Shown here: positions 11,739 through 21,560 of the stretch, one piece after another | How the letters are laid out: every line of letters starts with the position of its first letter | Numbering within the stretch: position 1 is the first letter of the stretch | Origin: Patescibacteria group bacterium | GTDB lineage: Bacteria > Patescibacteriota > Microgenomatia > UBA1400 > PJMF01 | DNA length: 64,000 bases | Assembly (NCBI GenBank): GCA_049322655.1 | Contig: JBMORP010000006.1 | Coordinates: 13,863 to 77,862, forward strand | Direction: 5' to 3' | The notes under the pieces: generated by a model | Told to the model about the DNA's origin: nothing | Database searches by the model: none | What the model saw: only the letters and a program-made list of their open reading frames with translations | Translations under genes and position numbers: made by a program

Positions 11739-13010
11739 ATGTTAGACATTTTTTTTATCAAAGAAAATCCTCAGGAGATTAAGAAGGCTTGTCAGGTTAA
11801 AAATCTGGATGAATCAATAGTTGATAGTTTATTGGCTGTTGACGAAAAAAGAAGGACTTTGCTTAGTCAAGTTCAAGTCTTGAGAACAGAAGTTAATAAA
11901 AACGCCGACGAAGTAAAACAACAAGTTCAACAAACTGGTAAACCAAGCCAAGAATTAATTGAAAAGGGCAAATTATTAAAAGCTCAACTCAAGGATGTAG
12001 AGCCAGAACTAAAATTAGTTGATCAAGAATTTATTGAGCTAATGTTAGAAATTCCCAATGTGCCTGCTGCAGACGTCCCTGTTGGTCTAGATGAGACTGG
12101 AAACAAGATTGAAAGACAAGAAGGGAAATTACCTGAATTTGATTTTGAGGTTAAAGATCACCAACAACTAATGGAGGATTTGGGTCTTTTGGATACTAAA
12201 AAGGCAGTTAAAATTGCCGGTTTTAGAGGTTATTTTCTCAAAGGTGATGGTTTATTGCTGGAAAGGGCTCTTTTGGATTATGCCTTAGACTTGATGATCA
12301 AGCATGGTTTTGAACCAATGAGTGCGCCAGTATTAGTCAAAAAAGAAGCCATGGTGGGAACAGGCTATTTCCCTTGGGGACAAGAAGATCATTATAAAAC
12401 TCAAGATGAGACTATTTTAGCTGGAACTTCTGAAGTTGCTTTAACGGCTTATCATCTAGGTGAAACCTTGGTTGAAAAAGATTTACCAATTAAAATGGTT
12501 GGTATCTCGCCTTGTTTTAGACGAGAGGTTGGTTCTTATGGTAAAGATACTAAAGGGATCATCCGGGTTCATCAGTTTAATAAAGTGGAACAAGTAGTTT
12601 ATACCGTAGCTGACGAAACAGAAACCAGAGATTGGCATCAGAAGATGTTGGGCTTTTCTGAGGAGCTGTTGCTTGGATTGGGTCTTCCTTATCAAGTATT
12701 GCTTATGTGTACTGGTGATATGGGTGCTGGTCAAAGAAAAAAATACGATATTGAGACTTGGTTTCCTGCTCAAAATAAATATCGTGAAACTCACTCTGCT
12801 AGTTACTTTAATGATTTTCAATCCAGGAGGCTTAATATTAGGTACCAGGCCAAAGATGGTAGCTTAAAGCATGTTTATACTTTAAATAATACTGTAGCAG
12901 CTTCTCCTCGATTATTGGCCGCTGTGGTAGAAAACTATCAACAAGCTGATGGAACTATTAAGGTTCCAGAAGTCTTACAGCCTTATCTGAAAAAGAAAGT
13001 TATTGGTTAA
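11739..13010 (+). CDS. serS: Seryl-tRNA synthetase
   Basis: MLDI start, GTSEV, CFRREVG, RVHQFNKVEQ, TLNNT. Confidence 0.97.
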   Translation: MLDIFFIKENPQEIKKACQVKNLDESIVDSLLAVDEKRRTLLSQVQVLRTEVNKNADEVKQQVQQTGKPSQELIEKGKLLKAQLKDVEPELKLVDQEFIELMLEIPNVPAADVPVGLDETGNKIERQEGKLPEFDFEVKDHQQLMEDLGLLDTKKAVKIAGFRGYFLKGDGLLLERALLDYALDLMIKHGFEPMSAPVLVKKEAMVGTGYFPWGQEDHYKTQDETILAGTSEVALTAYHLGETLVEKDLPIKMVGISPCFRREVGSYGKDTKGIIRVHQFNKVEQVVYTVADETETRDWHQKMLGFSEELLLGLGLPYQVLLMCTGDMGAGQRKKYDIETWFPAQNKYRETHSASYFNDFQSRRLNIRYQAKDGSLKHVYTLNNTVAASPRLLAAVVENYQQADGTIKVPEVLQPYLKKKVIG

Positions 13011-13026
13011 TTGGGGATTAGTGAGT

Positions 13027-13728
13027 ATGTCCAAGATTCTAATTTTCTCTGATTCTCATTTAACTCCTCGGTTTAATGAAGATTCTTTTCAAAAGTTAGT
13101 TGCCTTGATTAATCAAGCCGATCGAGTGGTTATTAATGGTGATTTTTGGGAAGGTTATTTTTTTAGTTTTGATGATTTTGTTAATTCTAAATGGAGTCAA
13201 CTTTTTCCTTTATTAAAAGCAAAAAATACAGTTTATATTCACGGGAATCATGATTTGGCTAAGTATTTAGATGAGCGAGTTAATCTTTTTGCTGATGTAA
13301 TTACCGATAAATTTGAGTTTTCTTCTGGAGACAAAAACTTTGTTTGTTTGCATGGTCATCAATATATTGAAAGTCCTGCTAGACAATCAGTCTTAATGAG
13401 AATGAAGTTTTTACTAGGTAGCTTATATTTGGTTTATTATTTATTAATGAAGATAATGAGGAAAAGATTTTGGAAAATTTACCAATTTGAAAACGATCGT
13501 TTAAAAAAAATTCAACAACGAGAATTTGCTAATAAATACCTAATAACTGGTCACACCCACCTCATGGAGTATGATGGTTTTTTCATTAATACTGGTTCAA
13601 TGAGCTTTGGCTACTTTGATTATACTTGGATCGAAGATGGTAAAATTAGACAGTATAATGAAACTTATAAAATTCCTCTGCTTGATCGGTTTATTGGTGT
13701 TTTTCCTCTGAAAAAAAAGTCGGTTTGA
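13027..13728 (+). CDS. Calcineurin-like metallophosphoesterase
   Basis: DSH, NGD, GNHD, HGH, GHTH motifs. Confidence 0.88.
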   Translation: MSKILIFSDSHLTPRFNEDSFQKLVALINQADRVVINGDFWEGYFFSFDDFVNSKWSQLFPLLKAKNTVYIHGNHDLAKYLDERVNLFADVITDKFEFSSGDKNFVCLHGHQYIESPARQSVLMRMKFLLGSLYLVYYLLMKIMRKRFWKIYQFENDRLKKIQQREFANKYLITGHTHLMEYDGFFINTGSMSFGYFDYTWIEDGKIRQYNETYKIPLLDRFIGVFPLKKKSV

Positions 13729-13745
13729 TCTATAATGGGTTTTCT

Positions 13746-16691
13746 ATGTTGAAGTTTTTTAAGTCACTTTTTGATGAAAATAAAAGAAGTTTAGACTCCT
13801 ATCAAAAGATTGTTGACCAGATCAACGCTTTCGAACCAGAAATCAAAAAACTATCTGATACAAAACTAGCCCAACAAACAAAAAAATTCCAAGAAATTAT
13901 TGAAGAAGTTAGAGCTAAAGTTACTCCAGGTGATGTGGCAGCTATGGCTACTGCTGAAGAGAACATTTTGGACGAACTTCTCCCAGAGGTTTTTGCGACA
14001 GTTCGGGAAGTTTCTCGACGTGTTTTAGGGATGAGGCACTATGATGTTCAGTTATTAGCTGGGATAGCTCTACATAAGAAAAACATTACCGAACAAAGAA
14101 CTGGAGAAGGTAAAACTCTTACGGTGACTGCTCCACTCTATCTCAATGCTTTGTTGGGTAAAGGGGCCCACTTAATTACAGTTAATGATTATTTGTCTGA
14201 AATTGGTGTTGGTTGGATGGGACCTATTTATCATTTCTTGGGGATGAAAGCTGCTGTAGTCGTTCATGATCATGCCAGACTTTATGACCCTAGTGTTGAT
14301 AGCGAAGAGCGTGGAGACGAAAGATTAGAACATTTTGTTGAGATTCCCAGAAAAGAAGCTTATTTGGCAGATATTACTTATGGAACTAATAATGAGTTTG
14401 GTTTTGACTATCTTAGAGACAACATGGTTCAAAGTCTTGATGGAATGGTGCAAAGACAAGATTATCCCCATCATTTTGTGATTGTTGATGAAGCTGATTC
14501 TATTTTGATTGATGAAGCTAGGACCCCGTTAATTATTTCTGCTCCAGACAGTGAACCAACCAAGAAGTACTATGATGCCGCTCACATGGTTAAGTCTTTG
14601 GTTAAAGATCAAGATTTTAATATTGATGAAAAATCTAGATCTGTCACTTTGACTGATTTGGGAGTGAAGAGAATCGAGCAAAAGCTAGGAGTTAAAAATC
14701 TTTATGAAGAGAGTTTTGATACCATTCACCATGTTGAATCAGCGCTGAAGGCTATGACTCTTTATCACCGTGATAAAGAATATATTGTTCGTGATAATCA
14801 AGTAGTAATTGTTGATGAACATACTGGTAGATTGATGTATGGTCGTCGTTATTCAGATGGTCTTCATCAAGCAATTGAGGCTAAAGAAAATGTTCCTATT
14901 CAGCAAGAGTCTAGAACACTGGCCACAATCTCTTTGCAAAACTATTTTCGTCTTTATCATAAACTGTCAGGTATGACCGGAACAGCAGCGACTGAATCTG
15001 AAGAATTCAACACGATTTATGGAGTAAATGTTCTAGTTATTCCTACTAATAAGCCGGTTGCTCGCGATGATCGATCTGATGTGGTTTACAAAACTACAGC
15101 CGCTAAATATTCAGCTATTGTAAGAGAAGTTGAAGAGCTCCACCGACAAGGTCGACCAGTTTTGATTGGTACTAGATCGATTGAACACAACCAAATTATT
15201 GCTCAATTTTTGCAAAGAAAAAAAATTCCTCATCAAGTTTTAAATGCTAAAAACAATGAGAAAGAGGCATTTATTATTGCCGATGCTGGTAAAAAAGGAG
15301 CCATTACGGTGGCTACAAATATTGCTGGTCGAGGGGTAGATATTGTCTTGGGTGGTGCTCCACCAGAGTTAAAGGAGTATCGTAAGAAAAACCTAACCAA
15401 AGGTAAAGCAAAACTCCCCAAAGAGTATCAAGACCTTCGTTTACCAACTAATATCAATCCTGCTAATTATAAATTAAAAGAATATGCTGCTGCTTTAAAA
15501 AATTGGCAAGCTGCTCACCAAGAAGTAATTGATCTGGGCGGGTTGCATATCATTGGTACTGAACGTCATGAATCTAGACGTATCGATAATCAACTTCGTG
15601 GTCGTGCTGGTAGACAAGGCGATCCTGGTTCTTCTCAGTTTTTTGTTTCTCTTGATGATGATGTGATGCGTATTTTTGGTGGTGAGCAAATTGCTAAAGT
15701 GATGGACTTCTTGAAAATTGAAGAAGATCAACCAATTGAACATTCAATGGTCAGTAAATCAATTGAGTCTGCTCAAGTGAAAGTAGAGGGTTTTTTCTTT
15801 GATCAAAGAAAAAGATTAGTTGAGTTTGATGATGTAATGAATAAACATCGGGAGATTCTCTATGGTCGACGACGAAGATTGTTGGAGTTGGCTGAAGATG
15901 AAGACCATCAATTGCTGAGAGATAAAATTATTGAATACTTGGATGAAGAAATTAACAGTTTGGTAATGACGAGAACAGCAGCTGGTTTTTCCGATGAAAT
16001 GTATGAGGCTTTGAATAAAGACTTAGTAAAATTAATTCCTTTTGATGAGACTTCACAAAATAGAATCAAGAAAGATTTAGCTCAAACAGAGAACGAACAA
16101 GAATTGATCGAGAAGTTTAGAGCAATTGTCAATAAAACCTATGATTCTAGAAAAAATGTTCTTGGAGATGATCAACTTCATAATCTAGAGAAAATTGTAG
16201 TTTTATCGACAATAGATGAAAAATGGATGGATCACTTGGATGAGGTTGATAGTTTGAGAGAGGGTATTTGGTTGAGAGGAGATAAAAAAACTGTTCTTTC
16301 TGAATACAAAAAAGAAGCCTTTGTGATGTTTGAGAAGTTGGTTGATAATATTGAAAGCACTATTGCACATCGTATTTTTAGAGTTCATCCTGTTCAAAGA
16401 CCAATTACATCAGTAGTACCTAAGAACATTGAACTGAAAAAAGAGGATATTCATGAAAGCTTAGCCAAAGAAGTTGCTGATGCTACTCCTCCATCAACTA
16501 ATAAGGCACCAACTAAAAAAACTGGTTCATTGGGAGATTTGGCTCAAGCTCTTGGTACAGCTAAGGCAGGTGCTGCCCCCAATCCAGGCTCAAAACAAGT
16601 TAAGATTGGGAGAAATGATCCCTGTCCGTGCGGAAGTGGTTTGAAATATAAGAAGTGTGGCTTGATTAATGCTCCTGAACATAAGGGGTAG
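13746..16691 (+). CDS. secA: Protein translocase subunit SecA
   Basis: TGEGKT, VDEADSILIDEARTPLIIS, RRIDNQLRGRAGRQGDPG, C-terminal GRNDPCPCGSG; ATG at 13746 follows TATAAT. Confidence 0.98.
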   Translation: MLKFFKSLFDENKRSLDSYQKIVDQINAFEPEIKKLSDTKLAQQTKKFQEIIEEVRAKVTPGDVAAMATAEENILDELLPEVFATVREVSRRVLGMRHYDVQLLAGIALHKKNITEQRTGEGKTLTVTAPLYLNALLGKGAHLITVNDYLSEIGVGWMGPIYHFLGMKAAVVVHDHARLYDPSVDSEERGDERLEHFVEIPRKEAYLADITYGTNNEFGFDYLRDNMVQSLDGMVQRQDYPHHFVIVDEADSILIDEARTPLIISAPDSEPTKKYYDAAHMVKSLVKDQDFNIDEKSRSVTLTDLGVKRIEQKLGVKNLYEESFDTIHHVESALKAMTLYHRDKEYIVRDNQVVIVDEHTGRLMYGRRYSDGLHQAIEAKENVPIQQESRTLATISLQNYFRLYHKLSGMTGTAATESEEFNTIYGVNVLVIPTNKPVARDDRSDVVYKTTAAKYSAIVREVEELHRQGRPVLIGTRSIEHNQIIAQFLQRKKIPHQVLNAKNNEKEAFIIADAGKKGAITVATNIAGRGVDIVLGGAPPELKEYRKKNLTKGKAKLPKEYQDLRLPTNINPANYKLKEYAAALKNWQAAHQEVIDLGGLHIIGTERHESRRIDNQLRGRAGRQGDPGSSQFFVSLDDDVMRIFGGEQIAKVMDFLKIEEDQPIEHSMVSKSIESAQVKVEGFFFDQRKRLVEFDDVMNKHREILYGRRRRLLELAEDEDHQLLRDKIIEYLDEEINSLVMTRTAAGFSDEMYEALNKDLVKLIPFDETSQNRIKKDLAQTENEQELIEKFRAIVNKTYDSRKNVLGDDQLHNLEKIVVLSTIDEKWMDHLDEVDSLREGIWLRGDKKTVLSEYKKEAFVMFEKLVDNIESTIAHRIFRVHPVQRPITSVVPKNIELKKEDIHESLAKEVADATPPSTNKAPTKKTGSLGDLAQALGTAKAGAAPNPGSKQVKIGRNDPCPCGSGLKYKKCGLINAPEHKG

Positions 16692-16695
16692 CAAT

Positions 16696-17307
16696 ATGAA
16701 ATACCTTATCATGCACGGCTCGTTTGGTTCTCCAGATGAAAACTGGTTTAGATGGTTAGAAAAAGAGCTTAAGAAAAAAAAATATCAAGTCATTCTTGAG
16801 CAATTTCCTGTAGATAACTGGAACAAATTAACCAGTTTGGGAATATATAACAGAGACAAATACAAAATTATTCAAACTGTTGCTAGTTGGGAAAAATTTT
16901 TTTTAGATAATATTTATCCAAAACTTAAAAATCAAGAATTTGTGTTTATTGGGCACTCACTTGCCCCGTTGTTCTTTTTACATTTATTAGAAAAGTATGA
17001 TTTAAAAGTAAATAAAGCTATTTTTGTTTCGCCTTTTTTTGAATTAGAAGATAAATTAGATATCTGGCAATTTTATCCAGTAAATAAGGATTTTTATAAA
17101 ACTAATTTTGATTTTCAACTTATAAAAAATAAAATTAAGCAATCTTTTGTTGTTTATGGTGATAATGATCCTTATGTTCCAATTTCTCAACCAAAAGAGT
17201 TTGCTAAAAAACTAAAAGCTAAGGAATTAGTAATTATTAATGGTGGACATTGTGGTAGTGTTTTTACTGAATTTCCAGAAATTTTAGCTATTAGTTTAGA
17301 AAGATGA
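16696..17307 (+). CDS. RBBP9/YdeN-family alpha/beta hydrolase
   Basis: HGSFGSPDENWF, GHSLA nucleophile elbow, DNDPYV, GGH. Confidence 0.88.
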   Translation: MKYLIMHGSFGSPDENWFRWLEKELKKKKYQVILEQFPVDNWNKLTSLGIYNRDKYKIIQTVASWEKFFLDNIYPKLKNQEFVFIGHSLAPLFFLHLLEKYDLKVNKAIFVSPFFELEDKLDIWQFYPVNKDFYKTNFDFQLIKNKIKQSFVVYGDNDPYVPISQPKEFAKKLKAKELVIINGGHCGSVFTEFPEILAISLER

Positions 17308-17308
17308 T

Positions 17309-18157
17309 ATGCCTGAATTACCAGAAGTAGAAACCGTCGTTCGTCGACTCAATGAAGTTTTACCTGGTAATATAATTAAAAAAGTTAGTGTGTTACGTGA
17401 TAAAAGTTTTCAAGGTGATCCTGCTGATATTACTGGTTCAACTATTAAAAGTGTTTCTCGTCGAGCAAAAATTATTTCTATTAATTTAGATAACAATTTA
17501 AGCATTTTGGTTCACCTTAAAATGACCGGACAATTAATTTATTTATCAGCTGATGGTAAAGTTGGTGGTGGCCATCCTACTAGTGATTGGGTCAAAGAAC
17601 TGCCAAGTAAACATACTAGAATTGCAGTAAGTCTAAATGATCAACGTAAAATCTTTTTTAATGACATGAGAGTTTTTGGTTGGTGGAAAGTTGTTGATGA
17701 GCTTGGAGCTCAACAAGAATATTCAAATTATGGACCTGATGTTAATACTGATGACTTTACTCTTGAATACTTTACTGAAAAATTAAAGAGAAAAATCATG
17801 ACAATTAAACAAGCGATCATGGATAATAAGATTGTGGCTGGTGTGGGTAATATTTATGCCAGTGAAGCTTTATTTTTGGCTGGTATTCATCCAGAAAGAA
17901 AAGCTAATAGTTTAAGTAAAGATGAGACTATTAGTTTATTTAATTTCATGAAAGAAGTAATTAATGATGGCATCAATTCTGGAGGAACTACTTTTGATGG
18001 TAAATATGTAGACATTTATGGTTTTTCTGGTAGTTACCAAAATAAACTTAGAGTTTATGGCCAGGAGGGAAAGAATTGTGCTATTTGTAGTAGGTCAATT
18101 AAAAAAATAAAATTAGGAGGAAGAGGCTCTTATTTCTGTGAGTTCTGTCAAAAATAA
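17309..18157 (+). CDS. mutM: Formamidopyrimidine-DNA glycosylase
   Basis: MPELPEVE, HLKMTG, GVGNIYASE, C-terminal C4 zinc finger. Confidence 0.97.
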   Translation: MPELPEVETVVRRLNEVLPGNIIKKVSVLRDKSFQGDPADITGSTIKSVSRRAKIISINLDNNLSILVHLKMTGQLIYLSADGKVGGGHPTSDWVKELPSKHTRIAVSLNDQRKIFFNDMRVFGWWKVVDELGAQQEYSNYGPDVNTDDFTLEYFTEKLKRKIMTIKQAIMDNKIVAGVGNIYASEALFLAGIHPERKANSLSKDETISLFNFMKEVINDGINSGGTTFDGKYVDIYGFSGSYQNKLRVYGQEGKNCAICSRSIKKIKLGGRGSYFCEFCQK

Positions 18158-18651
18158 TGAGAAAAACCATTTATTCAGTCACCAATTTTTTGCATTGTGG
18201 TAATGATTATTTATTTATTCATCGCATTAATAGAAGTAACAAGGTTGATGGAGGTAGGTTAAATGGAATTGGTGGCAAGCTCGAACCAGGAGAAAATTTT
18301 TTGCAAACAGCGATTAGAGAAACAATTGAAGAAACTGGTTATCAGGTTGCAGTGAAAGATGTTAAATTGGCTGGGGTGGTAAGAATGCATGGTGGTTATA
18401 GTGATGATTGGATGATGAGTTTTTTTAAAATCGAAGTACCAACGAAAAAAATTCCTTTAGGTGATAAGAATGCTGAGGGTGAATTAATTTGGTTGCCTGC
18501 AGAGAAAGTTTTGACTAGTGGTTATGAGTTGGTGGATGATCTCAATTACTGTTTTCCAGAAATAGTGAAAAATAATATTCCATTTTTTGTTCATGCTCAA
18601 ATGACAGAAGAAGAAAAAGTTGAGACTTGGAATGTTAGTTACTTAAAGTGA
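18157..18651 (+). CDS. NUDIX hydrolase (MutT/MTH1-like)
   Basis: NGIGGKLEPGE…AIRETIEETG NUDIX box; coupled to mutM. Confidence 0.88.
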   Translation: MRKTIYSVTNFLHCGNDYLFIHRINRSNKVDGGRLNGIGGKLEPGENFLQTAIRETIEETGYQVAVKDVKLAGVVRMHGGYSDDWMMSFFKIEVPTKKIPLGDKNAEGELIWLPAEKVLTSGYELVDDLNYCFPEIVKNNIPFFVHAQMTEEEKVETWNVSYLK

Positions 18652-18674
18652 ATTTATAGTTTCTTTTAAAAAAT

Positions 18675-18780
18675 ATAACTAATATAGTGTTTAAGTTTGT
18701 CTGAGGAGATCTGTTAGTTAATTTTACAAATAGAAAATTTTATCGAAGAGATTACAAATTTAATTAACTATATTAGTTAT
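18675..18780. repeat. Long imperfect inverted repeat in the convergent intergenic gap
   Basis: ATAACTAATATAGT (18675-18688) is the exact reverse complement of ACTATATTAGTTAT (18767-18780); TTAAGTTTGT/ACAAATTTAA extends the pairing inward. Confidence 0.7.
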
Positions 18781-18813
18781 GTGAATTATAAAAAAGTTTT
18801 ATTTATTTTAAAA

Positions 18814-19746
18814 TTATAAATAATTTTTCAAAATATTCACTGATTTTTCTAAAGATTTTTTTTCTTCCCATGAAAGCTTGATTTCAATGGTTTGTTCTAC
18901 CCCACTGCGTCCGATAACACATGGTACGCTGAGGGCAACTCCACTATGACCATAGTAGTTGTGAAGTGGAATTGAAACTGGATAAACTTTTTTACTGTTA
19001 GTTAAAATCGTTTCAACGAGTTTAGCCGCAGCTGTAGCGATGGCATAATAAGTAGCTCCTTTGGCTTTGATAATATTGTAGGCAGCATCTCTGGTTTTGT
19101 GGTAGGCGGCTAAAGCTTTTTCTTCACTCATGCCAGTTATTGATAGTAGACTTTGGCCTCCGGCTATGGCTCCAGAAATTGCTGGAAAGGAGCTATCACC
19201 GTGCTCACCAAGGATATAAGCATGAATGCTTTTGGGATTAATTTTAAGATACTCAGATAAATGGAAACGAAATCTAGAGGTATCAAGGGTGGTGCCAGAA
19301 CCAAAAATTCTTCCTTTTGGCAAGCCGGCAATTTTGTAAGCTTCATAGGTTAAGATATCTACAGGATTACTAACAATGATAATAATTGAATCCGGAGCAT
19401 ATTTTAAAATTTTGGGAATTGCATCATGAATAATAGCTTTATTTTTTTCGACTAGGTCAAGCCTTGTTTCACCTGGTTTTTGTGAATCACCAGCAGTAAA
19501 AACTACTACGTCGGTATTAACTAAATCTTCATAGTTGTCAGAAGCATGAATATTAGTATGTCTTAAAAAAGACAAGCCATGTTCTAAATCAAGTTTTTCT
19601 CCTTCGGCTTTAGCTTTTGACCGACTTAGGAGCAATAGCTCATTGACAGTTCCTTGTTGGAGTAAAGCAAAAGCGGTCGACATGCCCACCTTACCACAGC
19701 CAATAATTGCTACCTTATTATAGTTAAAATGTTTTTTTTTGATCAT
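18814..19746 (-). CDS. ldh: L-lactate dehydrogenase
   Basis: GCGKVG, QKPGETRLDL (Gln specificity residue), SNPVD, GEHGDS. Confidence 0.93.
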   Translation of the reverse strand: MIKKKHFNYNKVAIIGCGKVGMSTAFALLQQGTVNELLLLSRSKAKAEGEKLDLEHGLSFLRHTNIHASDNYEDLVNTDVVVFTAGDSQKPGETRLDLVEKNKAIIHDAIPKILKYAPDSIIIIVSNPVDILTYEAYKIAGLPKGRIFGSGTTLDTSRFRFHLSEYLKINPKSIHAYILGEHGDSSFPAISGAIAGGQSLLSITGMSEEKALAAYHKTRDAAYNIIKAKGATYYAIATAAAKLVETILTNSKKVYPVSIPLHNYYGHSGVALSVPCVIGRSGVEQTIEIKLSWEEKKSLEKSVNILKNYL

Positions 19747-20714
19747 ATTTTTTGTTTAAGCAGATTTTCTATGGTAGTTTTTATTGAATCTTGGTCTAAA
19801 CCATGTTTTTGCCATAGTTCCAATGGTTTTCCAGATTCACCAAAAGTATCATTTAGACCCAAGAATTGATGAGGTAAAGCTAGCAACTGACTTGTTACTT
19901 TATCCTTGGCTAGGGCCTCTGTGACCGCCGAAGCAACTCCACCTGTGAGTTGATGCTCTTCAATGGTAATAAAAGCTTGAGTCTTTTTTAGAGATTCAAT
20001 AATAGTAGTGGTATCGGTTGGTTTGAGAGTGTGAAGATTAATAATCTCAACTGAATAGTTGGGTAGTTTTTGTACTGCCTGCCAAGCTTCAGCCAGAATA
20101 GGCCCGGACCCAATAATAGATAAATCTTTTCCTGACTTTAAAACTTGAGCACTACCAATCTCAAATTTATCTTCTGGTCGAGTTAAATTTAAGGTTTTTT
20201 CTCTAGTTAACCTTAAATAAGCTGGTTTTTTAAGGTTGATCAAAGCATGAACTGCTTGTTTGGTTTGGTGGTAATCAACGGGACTAATAACAGTCATATT
20301 GGGTAAAACCCTCATTAGAGCTAAGTCTTCCAAACCTTGTTGAGTATAACCATCTTCGCCTACATTTAAACCAGTGTGCCCTCCCACAATAATGACTGGT
20401 AAATTTGAGTAACAGATTGAATCTCTAATTTGTTCCCAAGTTCTACCTGGGCTAAAAACAGCAAAACTAGTAGCGAAAGGAATCTTTCCTCCGATAGTCA
20501 ATCCAGCCGCAACTCCAACCATGTTTTGTTCAGCAATGCCAACTTGAATGAATCTTCCAGGAAATTTTTTAGCAAATTGGTCTAATCTAAGTGATTCTGT
20601 TAAATCAGCCGTTAAAGCTACTACTTGTTCATTGGCTGTGGCTACTTCTAACATCGCTTCACCAAAACCGTCTCTGGTGCTTTTGGGTTGCTGGGTTGTT
20701 AATGATTCATTCAT
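19743..20714 (-). CDS. Transketolase, C-terminal subunit
   Basis: VGIAEQNMVGVAAG, GEDGYTQQ, IEEHQLTGG. Confidence 0.93.
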   Translation of the reverse strand: MNESLTTQQPKSTRDGFGEAMLEVATANEQVVALTADLTESLRLDQFAKKFPGRFIQVGIAEQNMVGVAAGLTIGGKIPFATSFAVFSPGRTWEQIRDSICYSNLPVIIVGGHTGLNVGEDGYTQQGLEDLALMRVLPNMTVISPVDYHQTKQAVHALINLKKPAYLRLTREKTLNLTRPEDKFEIGSAQVLKSGKDLSIIGSGPILAEAWQAVQKLPNYSVEIINLHTLKPTDTTTIIESLKKTQAFITIEEHQLTGGVASAVTEALAKDKVTSQLLALPHQFLGLNDTFGESGKPLELWQKHGLDQDSIKTTIENLLKQKI

Positions 20715-20718
20715 TTAG

Positions 20719-21549
20719 TTACTCCAAGATTTCTTTTAAGGCTTGTGCGGCTTCTTGTTGATTGGGAGCTTTCCCATGCCAATCTGAGTTTTTTTCCATA
20801 AAAGATACACCCTTACCAGCTACCGTATGGCAAATAATTACTGAAGGAAAATCATTAGCAAGGTCTTTCTCTATAGCTTTTTGGATTTGGTAGAAATCAT
20901 GGCCATTGACCTCAAGTACATTCCAGCCAAAACTTTTTAATTTAGCAAAAAGTGGGTTGATGGCTAACGTATCAGCAATTTTTCCAGAAATCTGAATGTC
21001 ATTAGCATCCAAAATAATTGACAAATTACCAAGTTGATATTTGGTGGCTAATAACAGTGCTTCCCAAGTTTGTCCTTCTTGATATTCTCCATCACTCATA
21101 GTGCAAAAAACATGATTCTTTTTTTGATCCATTCTCAATGCTAATGCCAAACCAACTGCTTGAGAAATTCCTTGCGCCAATGAGCCAGCCGAGATCTCAA
21201 CTCCTGGCAACAGACCTCTTTGGGGATGACCTTGAAGACGACTACCCATTTTTCTGAGAGTAGCTAACTCCTCTACTGGAAAATATCCTGCTTCAGCCAA
21301 AGTAGCATATAAGGCTGGACAGTGATGGCCGTTAGACATTAAGACATAGTCTCGACCTTCCCAATTGGGATGTTCAGGTTGATGGTTAATTTGTTGGAAA
21401 TAAAGATAAACCAAAATATCTACCATACTCAAAGAGCCTGCAGGATGACCACTGCCAGCTAAATAAAGCATACGAATAACATTAGCTCTAATATTTTTAG
21501 CAATTTCTTGAAGACGATAATGATCTTCTTTGGTGAGTTGGGCAGACAT
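20719..21549 (-). CDS. Transketolase, N-terminal subunit
   Basis: SGHPAGSLS, LQGHP, SDGEYQEGQTWEA TPP motif, WHGKAP. Confidence 0.93.
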   Translation of the reverse strand: MSAQLTKEDHYRLQEIAKNIRANVIRMLYLAGSGHPAGSLSMVDILVYLYFQQINHQPEHPNWEGRDYVLMSNGHHCPALYATLAEAGYFPVEELATLRKMGSRLQGHPQRGLLPGVEISAGSLAQGISQAVGLALALRMDQKKNHVFCTMSDGEYQEGQTWEALLLATKYQLGNLSIILDANDIQISGKIADTLAINPLFAKLKSFGWNVLEVNGHDFYQIQKAIEKDLANDFPSVIICHTVAGKGVSFMEKNSDWHGKAPNQQEAAQALKEILE

Positions 21550-21560
21550 AAGATGTTATT

